In this document: one piece after another, positions 42,592-52,239 of the stretch
Position numbering within the stretch: the first letter of the stretch is position 1
How the letters are laid out: every line of letters starts with the position of its first letter
DNA from: an uncultured Candidatus Saccharibacteria bacterium
GTDB taxonomy: Bacteria > Patescibacteriota > Minisyncoccia > JACQLN01
Assembly (NCBI GenBank): GCA_964526375.1
Contig: CAZGLK010000002.1
Coordinates: 1 to 52,938 of the forward strand
DNA length: 52,938 bases
Direction of reading: 5' to 3'
Program-made: the position numbers and the translations under genes
Notes under the pieces: model-generated
Seen by the model: the letters and a program-made list of their open reading frames with translations, nothing else
Told to the model about the DNA's origin: nothing
Database searches by the model: none

Positions 42592-42685
42592 TCCTAAAAA
42601 TCCTAATGTATCCTAATACTCCGAATATACGCGCAAGCAATTGGGAGCATTGGGATAAATTCGTAGTTTGGGATTATTTTATCAA
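42582..42685. repeat. Family-A long palindrome overlapping the polA stop
   Basis: The sequence is GATAACATAATCCTAAAAATCCTAATGTATCCTAATACTCCGAAT ... GGGAGCATTGGGATAAATTCGTAGTTTGGGATTATTTTATC. Confidence 0.85.
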
Positions 42686-42694
42686 ATTTGTGGC

Positions 42695-43261
42695 ATGGAT
42701 ATTTTCTCCCACGCCTTTTGGACGGCTGTGTCCGCCAGAGGGGCCAATTCTAAAATCCGCTATTTGCGGGAGTTTAAACCCCTAAAAGTCGTTTGGGCAA
42801 CAGTTTGGGGCGTGGCGCCCGATGTTTTTGCTTTTGCCCCGCTTTTTGTTTCGCTGATTCTGGGATTGTTTTTGGGCATTGGGGATCTGCGCTGGGATAA
42901 TCTGCCGCGACCGACCGATACCGAGCCGTTTGGCCCGCCGGACTCTTTAGCAATTTTTCGTTTGACCAACATTCTTTACAGCATCAGCCACAGTTTAGTG
43001 ACTTTTGCGATTGTTTTTGTTACGGTCTGGTTTTTGAGCCGCCGTGTTAAATGGGAAATGCTGGGCTGGCTGTTGCATATTCTTATAGACGTGCCCACCC
43101 ATTCTTACCGTTTTTACCCCACGCCGGTTTTTTGGCCCCTGGCTGCTTGGAAATTTGACGGTATATCTTGGGGAACGCCGTGGTTTTTTGTTTTGAATCT
43201 AGCCGCCGTGGCGTTGGTTAGTATCTGGTTGATGGTTAAGCATTATCGGTCTCGTAAATAA
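42695..43261 (+). CDS. Polytopic membrane protein, metal-dependent-hydrolase-like (DUF457-type)
   Basis: The ATG at 42695 gives MDIFSHAFWT, and HILIDVPTHS occurs later. The track start at 42668 lies in the repeat. Confidence 0.6.
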   Translation: MDIFSHAFWTAVSARGANSKIRYLREFKPLKVVWATVWGVAPDVFAFAPLFVSLILGLFLGIGDLRWDNLPRPTDTEPFGPPDSLAIFRLTNILYSISHSLVTFAIVFVTVWFLSRRVKWEMLGWLLHILIDVPTHSYRFYPTPVFWPLAAWKFDGISWGTPWFFVLNLAAVALVSIWLMVKHYRSRK

Positions 43262-43436
43262 ATCCGAAGCGCGAAAACAATATCGTTAAACGTTAATCGG
43301 CAACGAAACCTGTATCGTTAAGAGTGAGGCGTCTGACGTAACCGCTAGACGAAACGGGCATCGTAACCCTTCAACGTTAAACACGGTAGATTCTGTTTCG
43401 AATTTCGATATTCGAATTTCGTGTTTACCCAAAGTT

Positions 43437-44264
43437 GTGCCCGAACTGCCCGAGGTTGAAACTATAACCCAAGACCTTCGCCGCAAACTGATCGGCTGGA
43501 GGATTGTTGATTTGTGGAGTGATTGGCCCAAGTATTTTAAGTCCAGCGGCGGTTTTAATCGGGCTAAGCGAATTTTGATCGGCCGGAGGATCACTGGTTT
43601 GGAACGGCTGGGCAAGAACATCTTGTTTTATCTTTCGGGTGGCTATGCCTTGGCCGTGCACCTAAAAATGACAGGCCACTTTTTATTTTCTCCGCCCCCT
43701 CGCCCCCATTATACCCATTTGATTTTTGATTTGAAAAAAGGCGGCCAAAAATCAAAGCTTTATTTTTCGGATGTTAGAAAGTTTGCCAGAATTTTGATTG
43801 GCCGGAAAGATGTTGTGATGACCCGGCCGGAAATATCAAAACTTGGTCCGGATCCCTTGGGCCTGTCGCTTAGAGAGTTCATAGCTCGGATAGAAAAATG
43901 TCGTGGTAAGATAAAGGCGATCTTGTTGAATCAAGAGATATTGGCCGGCGTGGGCAACATCTATTCCGACGAGGCATTGTATTTGGCCAAGATCAATCCT
44001 TTGAGTCGGGTAGAAAAGATCCCCTTGGCCCAAAAGAAGCTTTTATTTAATAAACTGGTTTCTGTTCTGAAAAAGTCTTTAGCCCTGAAGGGTTCAAGCA
44101 GGAGAGATTATCGTCTACCCTCGGGCGGGAAGGGGGACTATTACGGTGCTCGTTTGGTCTACGCCCGAAAGGGAGAAAAGTGTGCCTGCGGCGGGGTTGT
44201 TGCGACTCTGAAGATTGGCTCGCGCACCGCCCACTTTTGCCCCAAATGCCAGAAGTTATACTAA
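43437..44264 (+). CDS. mutM: Formamidopyrimidine-DNA glycosylase
   Basis: The ORF has a GTG start and the N-terminus (M)PELPEVETI. The C-terminal zinc finger is C-x2-C...CPKCQ. Confidence 0.92.
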   Translation: MPELPEVETITQDLRRKLIGWRIVDLWSDWPKYFKSSGGFNRAKRILIGRRITGLERLGKNILFYLSGGYALAVHLKMTGHFLFSPPPRPHYTHLIFDLKKGGQKSKLYFSDVRKFARILIGRKDVVMTRPEISKLGPDPLGLSLREFIARIEKCRGKIKAILLNQEILAGVGNIYSDEALYLAKINPLSRVEKIPLAQKKLLFNKLVSVLKKSLALKGSSRRDYRLPSGGKGDYYGARLVYARKGEKCACGGVVATLKIGSRTAHFCPKCQKLY

Positions 44265-44347
44265 ATGACGATTGACGATAACTTTTGACCAAAAAATCAT
44301 TTGTCATTGTTATTGTCATCGTAATCGTCATAGTCATTGTCATTGTC

Positions 44348-45340
44348 ATGGTCTATTTGCTTTATGGCCCCAATTCGTTTTTGATTCAGGAAAAGCTCAA
44401 CAGCCTTAAAGACCGTTATCTGGCCAAATTTTCCAGCGGCTTGGATTTTTGGAAGTTTGATTTGGAAGAAGGCCTGGGTGATCTTAAGGCGATATTAGAC
44501 AGCCGGTCTTTGTTCGAAAGCAAGAAACTGGTTTTTTTGCGAGGCGCTTTGGGGATGCTTGAGGGCGAATGGTCTGAACTCGAAAAATTGATAAACCGGT
44601 CAAATTGGGTTGACTCCAAAGACGCCATTTTGATTTTTTATGATGCTACTTCTCCCGACGGCAAATTGGGCGAGCACGAAAAGAGCCGCTTGAATTTCTT
44701 TAAGAAAGCGGGCAAGGCAGAAGAATGCAAAGCCCTGGATCGCTCTAGCGCAATCAGGTGGGCGGCGGCCCAAGCCCAAAAACTGGAACTAAAAATCGGC
44801 CCGGCCGAGTTGGTCGCGCTGGTTGAGGCGGTGGGAGTAGATGGTTGGCGTTTGACCAACGAGCTGGCCAAGCTGAAAGCGTTCGCGGAGTCGGAACCAG
44901 TTTCCCGAAGTGATATAGAGCAGGTTGTGTCTAAAGAAATAACCGCCAATGTTTTTGAAACCGTAGCGGCCCTGGCCCGCAAGGACGCCGGTGCGGCTTT
45001 GGTCAGTTTAGCCAACCATTGGCATAACAACGAAGACCCGCTGATGGTTTTGAATATGCTGGCTTGGCAATTTCGCATTCTGTTAAAGCTGGCCGATCCA
45101 GCGGTGAAAAATCTATCGGTTGAAAGCGCGGCCTCAAAGTTAAAACTTAATCCTTGGGTAGCTAAAAAAAGTTTGGTTTGTCTTAAAAATTTTACTTTAG
45201 CTGAACTAAAAAACTTCCACCAAAACTTGATGGAAGCCGACATCGCCGTAAAAACGGGCATTAAAGACGGCCGCGAAGCCTTAGAGGATCTTGCCTACGA
45301 ATGTTGCAGACCCAAGGCTAAACCTCCAGTGGAGGTTTAG
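44348..45340 (+). CDS. holA: DNA polymerase III delta subunit
   Basis: The ATG at 44348 gives MVYLLYGPNSFLIQEKL. The track ORF from 44285 would add VIVIVIVIV encoded by GTCATTGTC repeats. Confidence 0.85.
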   Translation: MVYLLYGPNSFLIQEKLNSLKDRYLAKFSSGLDFWKFDLEEGLGDLKAILDSRSLFESKKLVFLRGALGMLEGEWSELEKLINRSNWVDSKDAILIFYDATSPDGKLGEHEKSRLNFFKKAGKAEECKALDRSSAIRWAAAQAQKLELKIGPAELVALVEAVGVDGWRLTNELAKLKAFAESEPVSRSDIEQVVSKEITANVFETVAALARKDAGAALVSLANHWHNNEDPLMVLNMLAWQFRILLKLADPAVKNLSVESAASKLKLNPWVAKKSLVCLKNFTLAELKNFHQNLMEADIAVKTGIKDGREALEDLAYECCRPKAKPPVEV

Positions 45341-45349
45341 CCTTAATTA

Positions 45350-45616
45350 TTACCCGCCGATTTTATTGATGGCTTTCTGCAGCCGTGACTTATACCTCGC
45401 GGCCGCGTTCTTTTTTATAACATTCACCTTGGCGGCTTTGTCTAAAACCTTGGCCACCTGGGGCATCAATTCCTGGGCGCCCTTTTTGTCTTTAGCTGCT
45501 ATTTTCTTTTTAAGTTCTTTTACAACTTTTTTAATACTTAACTTAACGGCTTTGTTTTTGGCCGTCCTTTTTTTGGTCTGCCGCAGAGCTTTTTTAGCTG
45601 ATTTTTTGATAGGCAT
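45350..45616 (-). CDS. rpsT: 30S ribosomal protein S20
   Basis: The 88-aa ORF contains MPIKKSAKKALRQTKKRTAKNK and AARYKSRL. Confidence 0.93.
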   Translation of the reverse strand: MPIKKSAKKALRQTKKRTAKNKAVKLSIKKVVKELKKKIAAKDKKGAQELMPQVAKVLDKAAKVNVIKKNAAARYKSRLQKAINKIGG

Positions 45617-45960
45617 GAAACTAAGTTAGCAGGTAATAATTATCAGGTCAAGATTTTGTATTGAGGCTTGGCCTCTTATTCGCCTGACGCCAACATGGCA
45701 GGCTATAAAGACTTCAGGAGTTCAGGGTTTATTATTTATTGTTAACAATCCGACGACGATCGTAGAAGAGTTGTTAACAATGAACCCGACCCCGCCCCAA
45801 GGGGCGGGGTATCGGGGCGGGTTCAGCTTGCAAGGTGTCGGCTCTGCCCCGTTAAAGCGAAGCTTCTACGGGGCTCCGCCGACAGCATTTTAAAAGCCCT
45901 CCATCCCCGCCCCAAGGGGCGGGGTATTACGGGCGGCAAAATAAAAATCCTTATAAAATC

Positions 45961-47970
45961 TTACAAAGTTTTCAAATAATCCCTCAATAAAATTGCTTTT
46001 TCAAAATCCCACTCGGCGATGGCGTGTTTTAGGTCGCGTTCCAGCTCTTTTTTGGTTTTGGTTTTTAGCCAGATTTTTTCGGGTTCGGGCGTGGCGGGCA
46101 GGGCTCTCACTTCTTTTTTAATGGGTTGGGGTTTAAGGTTGTTGTCTTTATTAAATTTTTCCTGGAAGGCCCGGCGGCGGTTGGTTTCTTTTATGGCCGC
46201 GCGCATGGAGGCGGTTGTTCTGTCGGCATACATTATAACTTGCCCCTGCAGATGCCGGGCCGCCCGGCCGATGGTTTGCACCAGAGTCGTCTCGTTTCTT
46301 AAAAAACCCTCTTTGTCGGCGTCAAAAATCAAAATCAAAGAAACCTCGGGCAGGTCCAGCCCTTCCCGCAGAAGGTTGACCCCCACCAGCGCGTCAACCT
46401 TGCCGCTGCGCAAGTCATTTAATATCTCGGGGCGGTTTAATGTTTTTATTTCGGAATGAAGATAAGCCGCCTTCACTCCAGCCCGGGCCAGGTGTTCGGC
46501 CAAATCCTCGGCCAGCCGCTTGGTGATTACGGTTATCAAAACCCGCTCACCCCTTTTGACGCGCTCGCCGATTTCTTTTAACGCGTCATCTATTTGTTTT
46601 TCCGTCGGCCGTACCTCAACTTGTGGGTCTAAAATATGGGTGGGGCGAATCAGCTGCTCGGCGACAAAAGTTTGATGGTGTTTCTTTGAGTTCAGTATCT
46701 CGTATTCCCCCGGTGTGGCCGAAGAAAATATCACTTGGTCTATTTTTTCTTCCCATTCGTTAAACTTGAGCGGCCGGTTGTCCAAGGCCGAGGGCAGGCG
46801 GAAGCCGTGTGTTACCAAAGTTTCTTTGCGGGCGCGGTCGCCGTTATACATGCCTTTTATTTGCGGCAGGCTCATGTGAGATTCGTCCACTATCATCAGC
46901 AAATCTTTGGCCCCGCCTTCGCCACCCACTTCGCTAAAGTTTCGAGGGTCGAGAAGGCTATGGCGGGCAAGGAAGAAGTCTATCAGCGAGAACGGCGGCG
47001 AGCCCGGCTCTCTAAAGGAAAGATGCCGCGAGTAGTTTTCTATGCCCGAACAATAGCCAGCCTCGGCCAGCATTTCCAAATCGTAATGAGTGCGCTGTTC
47101 CAGCCGTGCCGCCTCCAAAATCTTTTTTTCTTGGCGCAGTTTGTGAAGCTCGTCTTTAAGCTCGGCTTCAATGTTGGCCAGGGCAATTTTTAGTTTGGCT
47201 TCTTCGGTAATAAAATGTTTGGCCGGGAACAACGCGAAATTATCAACAACGGCTTTTTGCGAGTGCTGGATTTTTTCTATGCGCGAGCCGTCAAAGTAAA
47301 CACGAACACTGGCCTGGCCGGTGGGCAGGATTATTTCAACCGTTTCGCCCTTAAAGCTAAAAGTGCCCGGCTCGGCGGCAATGTTGTTGCGGTGAAACTG
47401 CATCAGCACCAGCCGCCGGGCTAAATCCCGCCGCGACATGGCCAGGCCGATTTTTAACTCAACGGCGATTTTTTGGTACTCGTTGGGGTCGCCGATGTTA
47501 TAGATGCACGATACCGAGGCGACTATAATCGTATCCGGCCGCGTTAACACCGCTTGCGTGGCGGCGTGGCGCAATTTATCAATCGTCTCGTTGATTTGGG
47601 CGTCTTTTTCTATGTAGGTGTCGGTTTGGGGAATGTAAGCCTCGGGTTGGTAGTAGTCGTAGTAGGACACAAAATAATGGACCTCGTTTTGAGGAAAGAA
47701 ATCTTTGAATTCCTGATACAGTTGCCAGGCCAAAGTTTTGTTGTGCGAAATTACCAAAGTCGGCTTTTGGATTTTTTCAATCACATTAGCCAAAGTAAAA
47801 GTTTTGCCCGAGCCGGTCACTCCCAGCAGAGTTTGGTATTTGGCGCCCGACATTAAACTAGCCGTCAGTTGTCGGATTGCTTCTGGTTGGTCTCCTGTAG
47901 GCTGGAACGGACTTTTGAGCTTAAATTTGGGCTGGGGTTGACAAGATTGCATATGGGGTTTATATTGCAT
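45961..47970 (-). CDS. uvrB: Excinuclease ABC subunit B
   Basis: The 669-aa ORF contains GDQPEAI, GVTGSGKTFT, DESH and the C-terminal UVR motif. Confidence 0.96.
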   Translation of the reverse strand: MQYKPHMQSCQPQPKFKLKSPFQPTGDQPEAIRQLTASLMSGAKYQTLLGVTGSGKTFTLANVIEKIQKPTLVISHNKTLAWQLYQEFKDFFPQNEVHYFVSYYDYYQPEAYIPQTDTYIEKDAQINETIDKLRHAATQAVLTRPDTIIVASVSCIYNIGDPNEYQKIAVELKIGLAMSRRDLARRLVLMQFHRNNIAAEPGTFSFKGETVEIILPTGQASVRVYFDGSRIEKIQHSQKAVVDNFALFPAKHFITEEAKLKIALANIEAELKDELHKLRQEKKILEAARLEQRTHYDLEMLAEAGYCSGIENYSRHLSFREPGSPPFSLIDFFLARHSLLDPRNFSEVGGEGGAKDLLMIVDESHMSLPQIKGMYNGDRARKETLVTHGFRLPSALDNRPLKFNEWEEKIDQVIFSSATPGEYEILNSKKHHQTFVAEQLIRPTHILDPQVEVRPTEKQIDDALKEIGERVKRGERVLITVITKRLAEDLAEHLARAGVKAAYLHSEIKTLNRPEILNDLRSGKVDALVGVNLLREGLDLPEVSLILIFDADKEGFLRNETTLVQTIGRAARHLQGQVIMYADRTTASMRAAIKETNRRRAFQEKFNKDNNLKPQPIKKEVRALPATPEPEKIWLKTKTKKELERDLKHAIAEWDFEKAILLRDYLKTL

Positions 47971-48092
47971 AACAAGCTCTTTACCTACATTGAACCCTCA
48001 AGCCGAGTGTTCGGCTTCAAAGGTCAATTTCAGGGTAAAAGATAGCATTTTGTTCTTTAAGTTCAAACCCTAAAAAATAGGAGAGTTGCAAA

Positions 48093-48440
48093 ATGGATGC
48101 CATGAATATTTATCAAAGAGGCCGCAGCGGGTTTATGGAACTGCGGACACTAACACAAGAGCTTCGTTCTGCTTGTTCAGTTCAAAGAGACGGTGGCGAA
48201 GCCATTGTTGTAACTGACGGTAAAATGGGCCCCGTCGATGATCATCAAGGGATCAAGACGTTGTTAAGGTTGGGTAGCCTTCCCACAGTTTTACTTGTGC
48301 CTATCGGGGCTATGCTTCGTGACTACGATTGCATGGCAGGCGCATATTGTTGGGAGTGGAACGGTAAGACATTTGCATCTAAAGGTCCTCTTTTAGCCGT
48401 CTTACTGGGACAGTGTGAGGGCCATCGGCTTTCTGCATAG
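48093..48440 (+). CDS. Hypothetical protein (orphan, G+C-richer than its neighbours)
   Basis: The 115-aa ORF has GGAGAG upstream and its own terminator downstream. I recognise no family. Confidence 0.5.
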   Translation: MDAMNIYQRGRSGFMELRTLTQELRSACSVQRDGGEAIVVTDGKMGPVDDHQGIKTLLRLGSLPTVLLVPIGAMLRDYDCMAGAYCWEWNGKTFASKGPLLAVLLGQCEGHRLSA

Positions 48441-48465
48441 CTCGCAAAAACGTAAGCTCGGTTTT

Positions 48466-48495
48466 ACCCCCCTAACGGATGGGGGGTTTCTTTTT
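48466..48495 (+). terminator. Intrinsic terminator
   Basis: The stem is ACCCCCC-TAACGGAT-GGGGGGT, followed by TTCTTTTT. Confidence 0.7.
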
Positions 48496-48520
48496 GTCCA
48501 AAATGTGTTAAGATATCTGC

Positions 48521-48814
48521 ATGGGTGACATAGAAAGAATAAAAGATAGTATTGTGCCGATATTAGAACGCAATGACATCGATTTTGCGGCGCTTTTTGG
48601 TTCTTATGCCAAAGGTAATGTTAATAGTGACAGCGATGTTGATTTGTTGGTTAGGTTTTCACGGCCGAAGAGCTTATTTGACATTGCCGGAATAGAAATA
48701 GATATTGAAGAAAGTTTGGGCAAAGAAGTGGATTTAGTTACTGAAGATTCACTTAGCCCTTATATTAAAGATAGTGTTATTAAAGAATCAAAAGTTATTT
48801 ATGGAAAGAGATGA
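48521..48814 (+). CDS. mntA: MntA-type nucleotidyltransferase antitoxin
   Basis: The 97-aa ORF contains LFGSYAKG...DSDVDLLV, a minimal NTase motif. Confidence 0.85.
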   Translation: MGDIERIKDSIVPILERNDIDFAALFGSYAKGNVNSDSDVDLLVRFSRPKSLFDIAGIEIDIEESLGKEVDLVTEDSLSPYIKDSVIKESKVIYGKR

Positions 48815-49130
48815 AGTTTATCTAAAGCACATCCTGGACGCGATTGTTATTATAGAGGATTATGTTAGAGATGTTAATTTTGGCGAGTTTTTGAACAACA
48901 AGTTGTTGCAAGATGGTGTTGTTCGTGAGCTTGAAATTGTTGGTGAGGCCGCTAAAAATTTGTCGCAAGATTTTAAAGAAAGGTATAACGATATTCCTTG
49001 GAGAAAAATAATGGGCATGCGAAATAGATTGATCCACGAATATTTCGGCGTCAGCTTAAAAGCCGTTTGGCAGACAGTATCGAAAGATTTACCCCAGTTG
49101 AAAAAATGGATAGAGGGCATCATGGTGTAA
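48801..49130 (+). CDS. hepT: HepT (DUF86/HEPN) toxin
   Basis: The ATG at 48801 overlaps the end of mntA. The HEPN motif R-x4-H is present in MRNRLIHEY. Confidence 0.85.
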   Translation: MERDEVYLKHILDAIVIIEDYVRDVNFGEFLNNKLLQDGVVRELEIVGEAAKNLSQDFKERYNDIPWRKIMGMRNRLIHEYFGVSLKAVWQTVSKDLPQLKKWIEGIMV

Positions 49131-49258
49131 CAATGCTATCTCAACAAAAGGTCTGTTTTTAACCGAGCCAGCAAGAGCATCTGCTCGGTTTTTGTTTTTG
49201 TGCTAGACTAAGATCAGTGATAGGATTTTACCTGTTTGGCGTATCTTGTTTCTAACCC

Positions 49259-49840
49259 ATGATCGGTTATCTGGAAGGCGAACTTATTAAAAAATACGAC
49301 CGGCGCTGTATTCTTAAATGCGGCTCTTTGGGCTACCGCGTTTTTATGGGCAACAACGCACTTAGCAAGATACAAGAAAATGGCGCTGTCGTCAAAATAT
49401 TTACCCACCCTCACCAACGCGAAGACGCCCAGGAATTATATGGCTTTTTGAACCCGGAGGAACTGGACCTTTTTGAGATGCTTATTACGGTTTCGGGCGT
49501 GGGGCCGCGCACGGCCCTGGTTTTAACCGACGAGGTGCCTTTTGACATGCTGGTGGGGGCAATCACCCACGGTGACGAAAATATTTTTAGGCGGGTGACC
49601 GGTATTGGTCAAAAAACGGCCCAGCGAATAATTATTGAACTAAAACAAAAAGCTGTGGTTCTGGCGGCCGGTTTGGAATCGGGCGGCGCCAGCATCAGCC
49701 AAGACGCCGATGTTTTGGAGGCCTTAAAGAGCTTGGGTTACTCGGCCTATCAAGCCCGCGAAGCCCTGAAGCAGGTACCGGCCGGGATCAAAGGGGTGGA
49801 GAAGAGGTTGGAGGAGGCTCTCAAAATCTTGGCGAAATAA
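49259..49840 (+). CDS. ruvA: Holliday junction DNA helicase RuvA
   Basis: The 193-aa ORF contains MIGYLEGEL and LITVSGVGPRTAL (HhH). Confidence 0.93.
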   Translation: MIGYLEGELIKKYDRRCILKCGSLGYRVFMGNNALSKIQENGAVVKIFTHPHQREDAQELYGFLNPEELDLFEMLITVSGVGPRTALVLTDEVPFDMLVGAITHGDENIFRRVTGIGQKTAQRIIIELKQKAVVLAAGLESGGASISQDADVLEALKSLGYSAYQAREALKQVPAGIKGVEKRLEEALKILAK

Positions 49841-49883
49841 ACTTTGTGATGCGGGGTGAATCATGAATTATGAATCATGAATT

Positions 49884-50792
49884 ATGAATAAGGAATTATG
49901 GGACAAGAAAGCGACTGATTTTGGCGGTGAATTTCTGCAAAGCTGGGAGTGGGGTGAGTTCCAGGAAAGTTTGGGCAAGAAGGTAATAAAGTTTTTTGAC
50001 GATGATTTGGGTTTGGCGCAGATTGTAATCACTTCCTTGCCGCTGGGGCTCTCGTGGGCCTATGTGCCTCGCGGGCCGGTGTTTTTTAACCCCGAACGAG
50101 CCCAAGATTTAGCGGACAAAATTGTCCGAGCGATGCCGGCTGGTTGTGTTTTTGTGGTTTTGGAGCCGGCTGATCGCGTCAGTCTGTCTTGGAAAAAATT
50201 CAAGCCCCGCCAGCCGGTTGAAACCGTGGCGCTGGATTTGTCCCAGAGCGAAGGGGAATTGTTGGATGCCATGAATCCTAAAACACGCTACTCCATTAGG
50301 CGATCATTAACCAGCGGCTTGGATTTTGCGGAGGTAGAAGATGTTTCGGAGTTTTATAAACTTTTAGTCTCAACCGCCCGCCGCCAATCTTTTAGAACTT
50401 ACCCCGAGATTTATTTTAAGCGCATGGTAGAGGCGATCGGTAAAAGCAATGTTAAAATTCTCGGCGCGCGTCACCAAGGCAAATTGCTCTCGGCCGGACT
50501 GTTTGTGATTTTTGGCTCCACGGCCTTTTACCTTCACAGCGGCTCGGATTACGAGTCGCACTCGCTGATGGCGCCGTATTTTATGCACTGGGAGGCGATT
50601 AAATATTTTCGAGCGCGCGGCTTAAAGAGTTATGATTTTTGGGGCATAGACGCCCAGCGCTGGCCGGGTATAACCCGTTTCAAAACCCGCTTCGGCGGCA
50701 CAGTAAAAACATACCCAGGCGCTTATGTTAAAGTATTAAAGCCGTTTTGGTTTGGAGTATATCAATTGGCTAAGAAGTTTAATGTTGGATGA
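49884..50792 (+). CDS. FemAB-family peptidoglycan interpeptide-bridge aminoacyltransferase
   Basis: The 302-aa ORF contains FLQSWEWGEFQ and YDFWGI, which resemble the FemX/FemAB family. Confidence 0.8.
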   Translation: MNKELWDKKATDFGGEFLQSWEWGEFQESLGKKVIKFFDDDLGLAQIVITSLPLGLSWAYVPRGPVFFNPERAQDLADKIVRAMPAGCVFVVLEPADRVSLSWKKFKPRQPVETVALDLSQSEGELLDAMNPKTRYSIRRSLTSGLDFAEVEDVSEFYKLLVSTARRQSFRTYPEIYFKRMVEAIGKSNVKILGARHQGKLLSAGLFVIFGSTAFYLHSGSDYESHSLMAPYFMHWEAIKYFRARGLKSYDFWGIDAQRWPGITRFKTRFGGTVKTYPGAYVKVLKPFWFGVYQLAKKFNVG

Positions 50793-52096
50793 GACGCATT
50801 CTTAAGAAAATTGCCCCGCATATTTTGATCTCGGCCTATCATTATTTGTGGGCTATTTTTGCGGCGGCGTATTACGGCTGGCCCAGCCGCAAAATGGCGG
50901 TGATCGGGGTAACGGGCACTAAGGGCAAAACCTCCACGGCTAACTTTATTTGGTCGTGTCTTAACTCATCGGGTTTGAAGACTGGTTTGATCGGCACGGC
51001 CAACATTAGAATCGGCCATCAGGAGTGGTTTAACAAATATCACATGACCATGCCCGGCCGTTTGATTTTGCAGGGCTTGCTGGCGCAAATGGTCAAGGCT
51101 GGCTGCAAATACTGCATTGTTGAAACCACTTCCGAGGGCATCAAACAATGGCGGCACAAAGGCATCAGTTACGACATGGCCGCTTTTACCAACCTTACGC
51201 CTGAACATCTGGAGGCCCACGGCAGTTTTGAGGCCTATAAAAAAACTAAGGGCAAGCTGTTTGCCTCTTTGGCCAAATCCAAGCATAAAATTATTAGCGG
51301 GCAAAAAATCAAGAAGCTGACTATAGTCAATAATGACAGCTCGCACGCAGACTATTTCTTAAGTTTTAAGGCCGACAAAAAAATAACTTTTGGTTTTGGC
51401 GCCGGTGCTGATTACACGGCCGAAAATATCAAAGCGGACGTTAGCGGGGTGGATTTTGAAGTTGGAAGCGAAGAATATCATCTCAATATCATGGGCATCT
51501 TTAATGTTTATAACGCTCTGCCGGCCATAGTTATTGGCCGGGAGATTGGTTTGTCGGCCGATGCGATACGAAGGGGCCTTGCTGATCTCAAACTTATCCC
51601 CGGCCGAATGGAACTGATAGACGAAGGCCAGGATTTTACGGTTATTGTGGATTATGCTCACGAGAAGGAAAGTATGATGGCACTTTTGGAAACGGCCGTG
51701 GCGATGAGATCTGCCTCGTCTAAGATAATTATTTTGCTGGGCGCCGAGGGCGGCGGGCGTGACAAGGCCAAGCGCCCCGTAATGGGTGAACTGGCGGCTA
51801 AAACGGTTGATGTCGTGATTGTCAGCAATGTGGATCCCTATGACGACGATCCGCGGCAGATTTTGGAAGATATTGCCGCGGCCGCCGAGCGGTCGGGCAA
51901 ATCAAGGGACACGAATCTTTTTGTAATAGAAGATCGCCGTTTGGGCATTGTTCGGGCTTTGGAGTTGGCGCGATCGGGTGATATTGTTTTAATAACCGGC
52001 AAAGGCGCGGAGCAGTCCATGATAATTAAAGGGCATCGGCTGGAGTGGGATGATAGAGAGGTGGTGAGGGAAGAAATACGGAGAGCAGAGAAGTAA
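50789..52096 (+). CDS. murE: Mur ligase family protein (MurE-like)
   Basis: The 435-aa ORF has the P-loop GVTGTKGKTST and contains NLTPEHLEAHGS and DYAHEKESM. It overlaps the fem gene by 4 nt. Confidence 0.85.
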   Translation: MRRILKKIAPHILISAYHYLWAIFAAAYYGWPSRKMAVIGVTGTKGKTSTANFIWSCLNSSGLKTGLIGTANIRIGHQEWFNKYHMTMPGRLILQGLLAQMVKAGCKYCIVETTSEGIKQWRHKGISYDMAAFTNLTPEHLEAHGSFEAYKKTKGKLFASLAKSKHKIISGQKIKKLTIVNNDSSHADYFLSFKADKKITFGFGAGADYTAENIKADVSGVDFEVGSEEYHLNIMGIFNVYNALPAIVIGREIGLSADAIRRGLADLKLIPGRMELIDEGQDFTVIVDYAHEKESMMALLETAVAMRSASSKIIILLGAEGGGRDKAKRPVMGELAAKTVDVVIVSNVDPYDDDPRQILEDIAAAAERSGKSRDTNLFVIEDRRLGIVRALELARSGDIVLITGKGAEQSMIIKGHRLEWDDREVVREEIRRAEK

Positions 52097-52239
52097 TTTC
52101 TAATTTCCAATATCTAATTTCTAATGAATGTTCAATGCTCAAGCCCCAATGTCAAAGATAATTGGACATTGGTTATTGGGATTTTATTGGAAATTGGGAA
52201 TTGGATATTGGAAATTATGGACTCTGAAAAACGACGATT

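Noticed and set aside
43380-43436. A tRNA-like TTCGAAT motif (GTTTCGAATTTCGATATTCGAATTTCG).
   Set aside because: It is another word-repeat block. No acceptor stem or cloverleaf can be drawn. I found no tRNA or rRNA anywhere in the window by eye.
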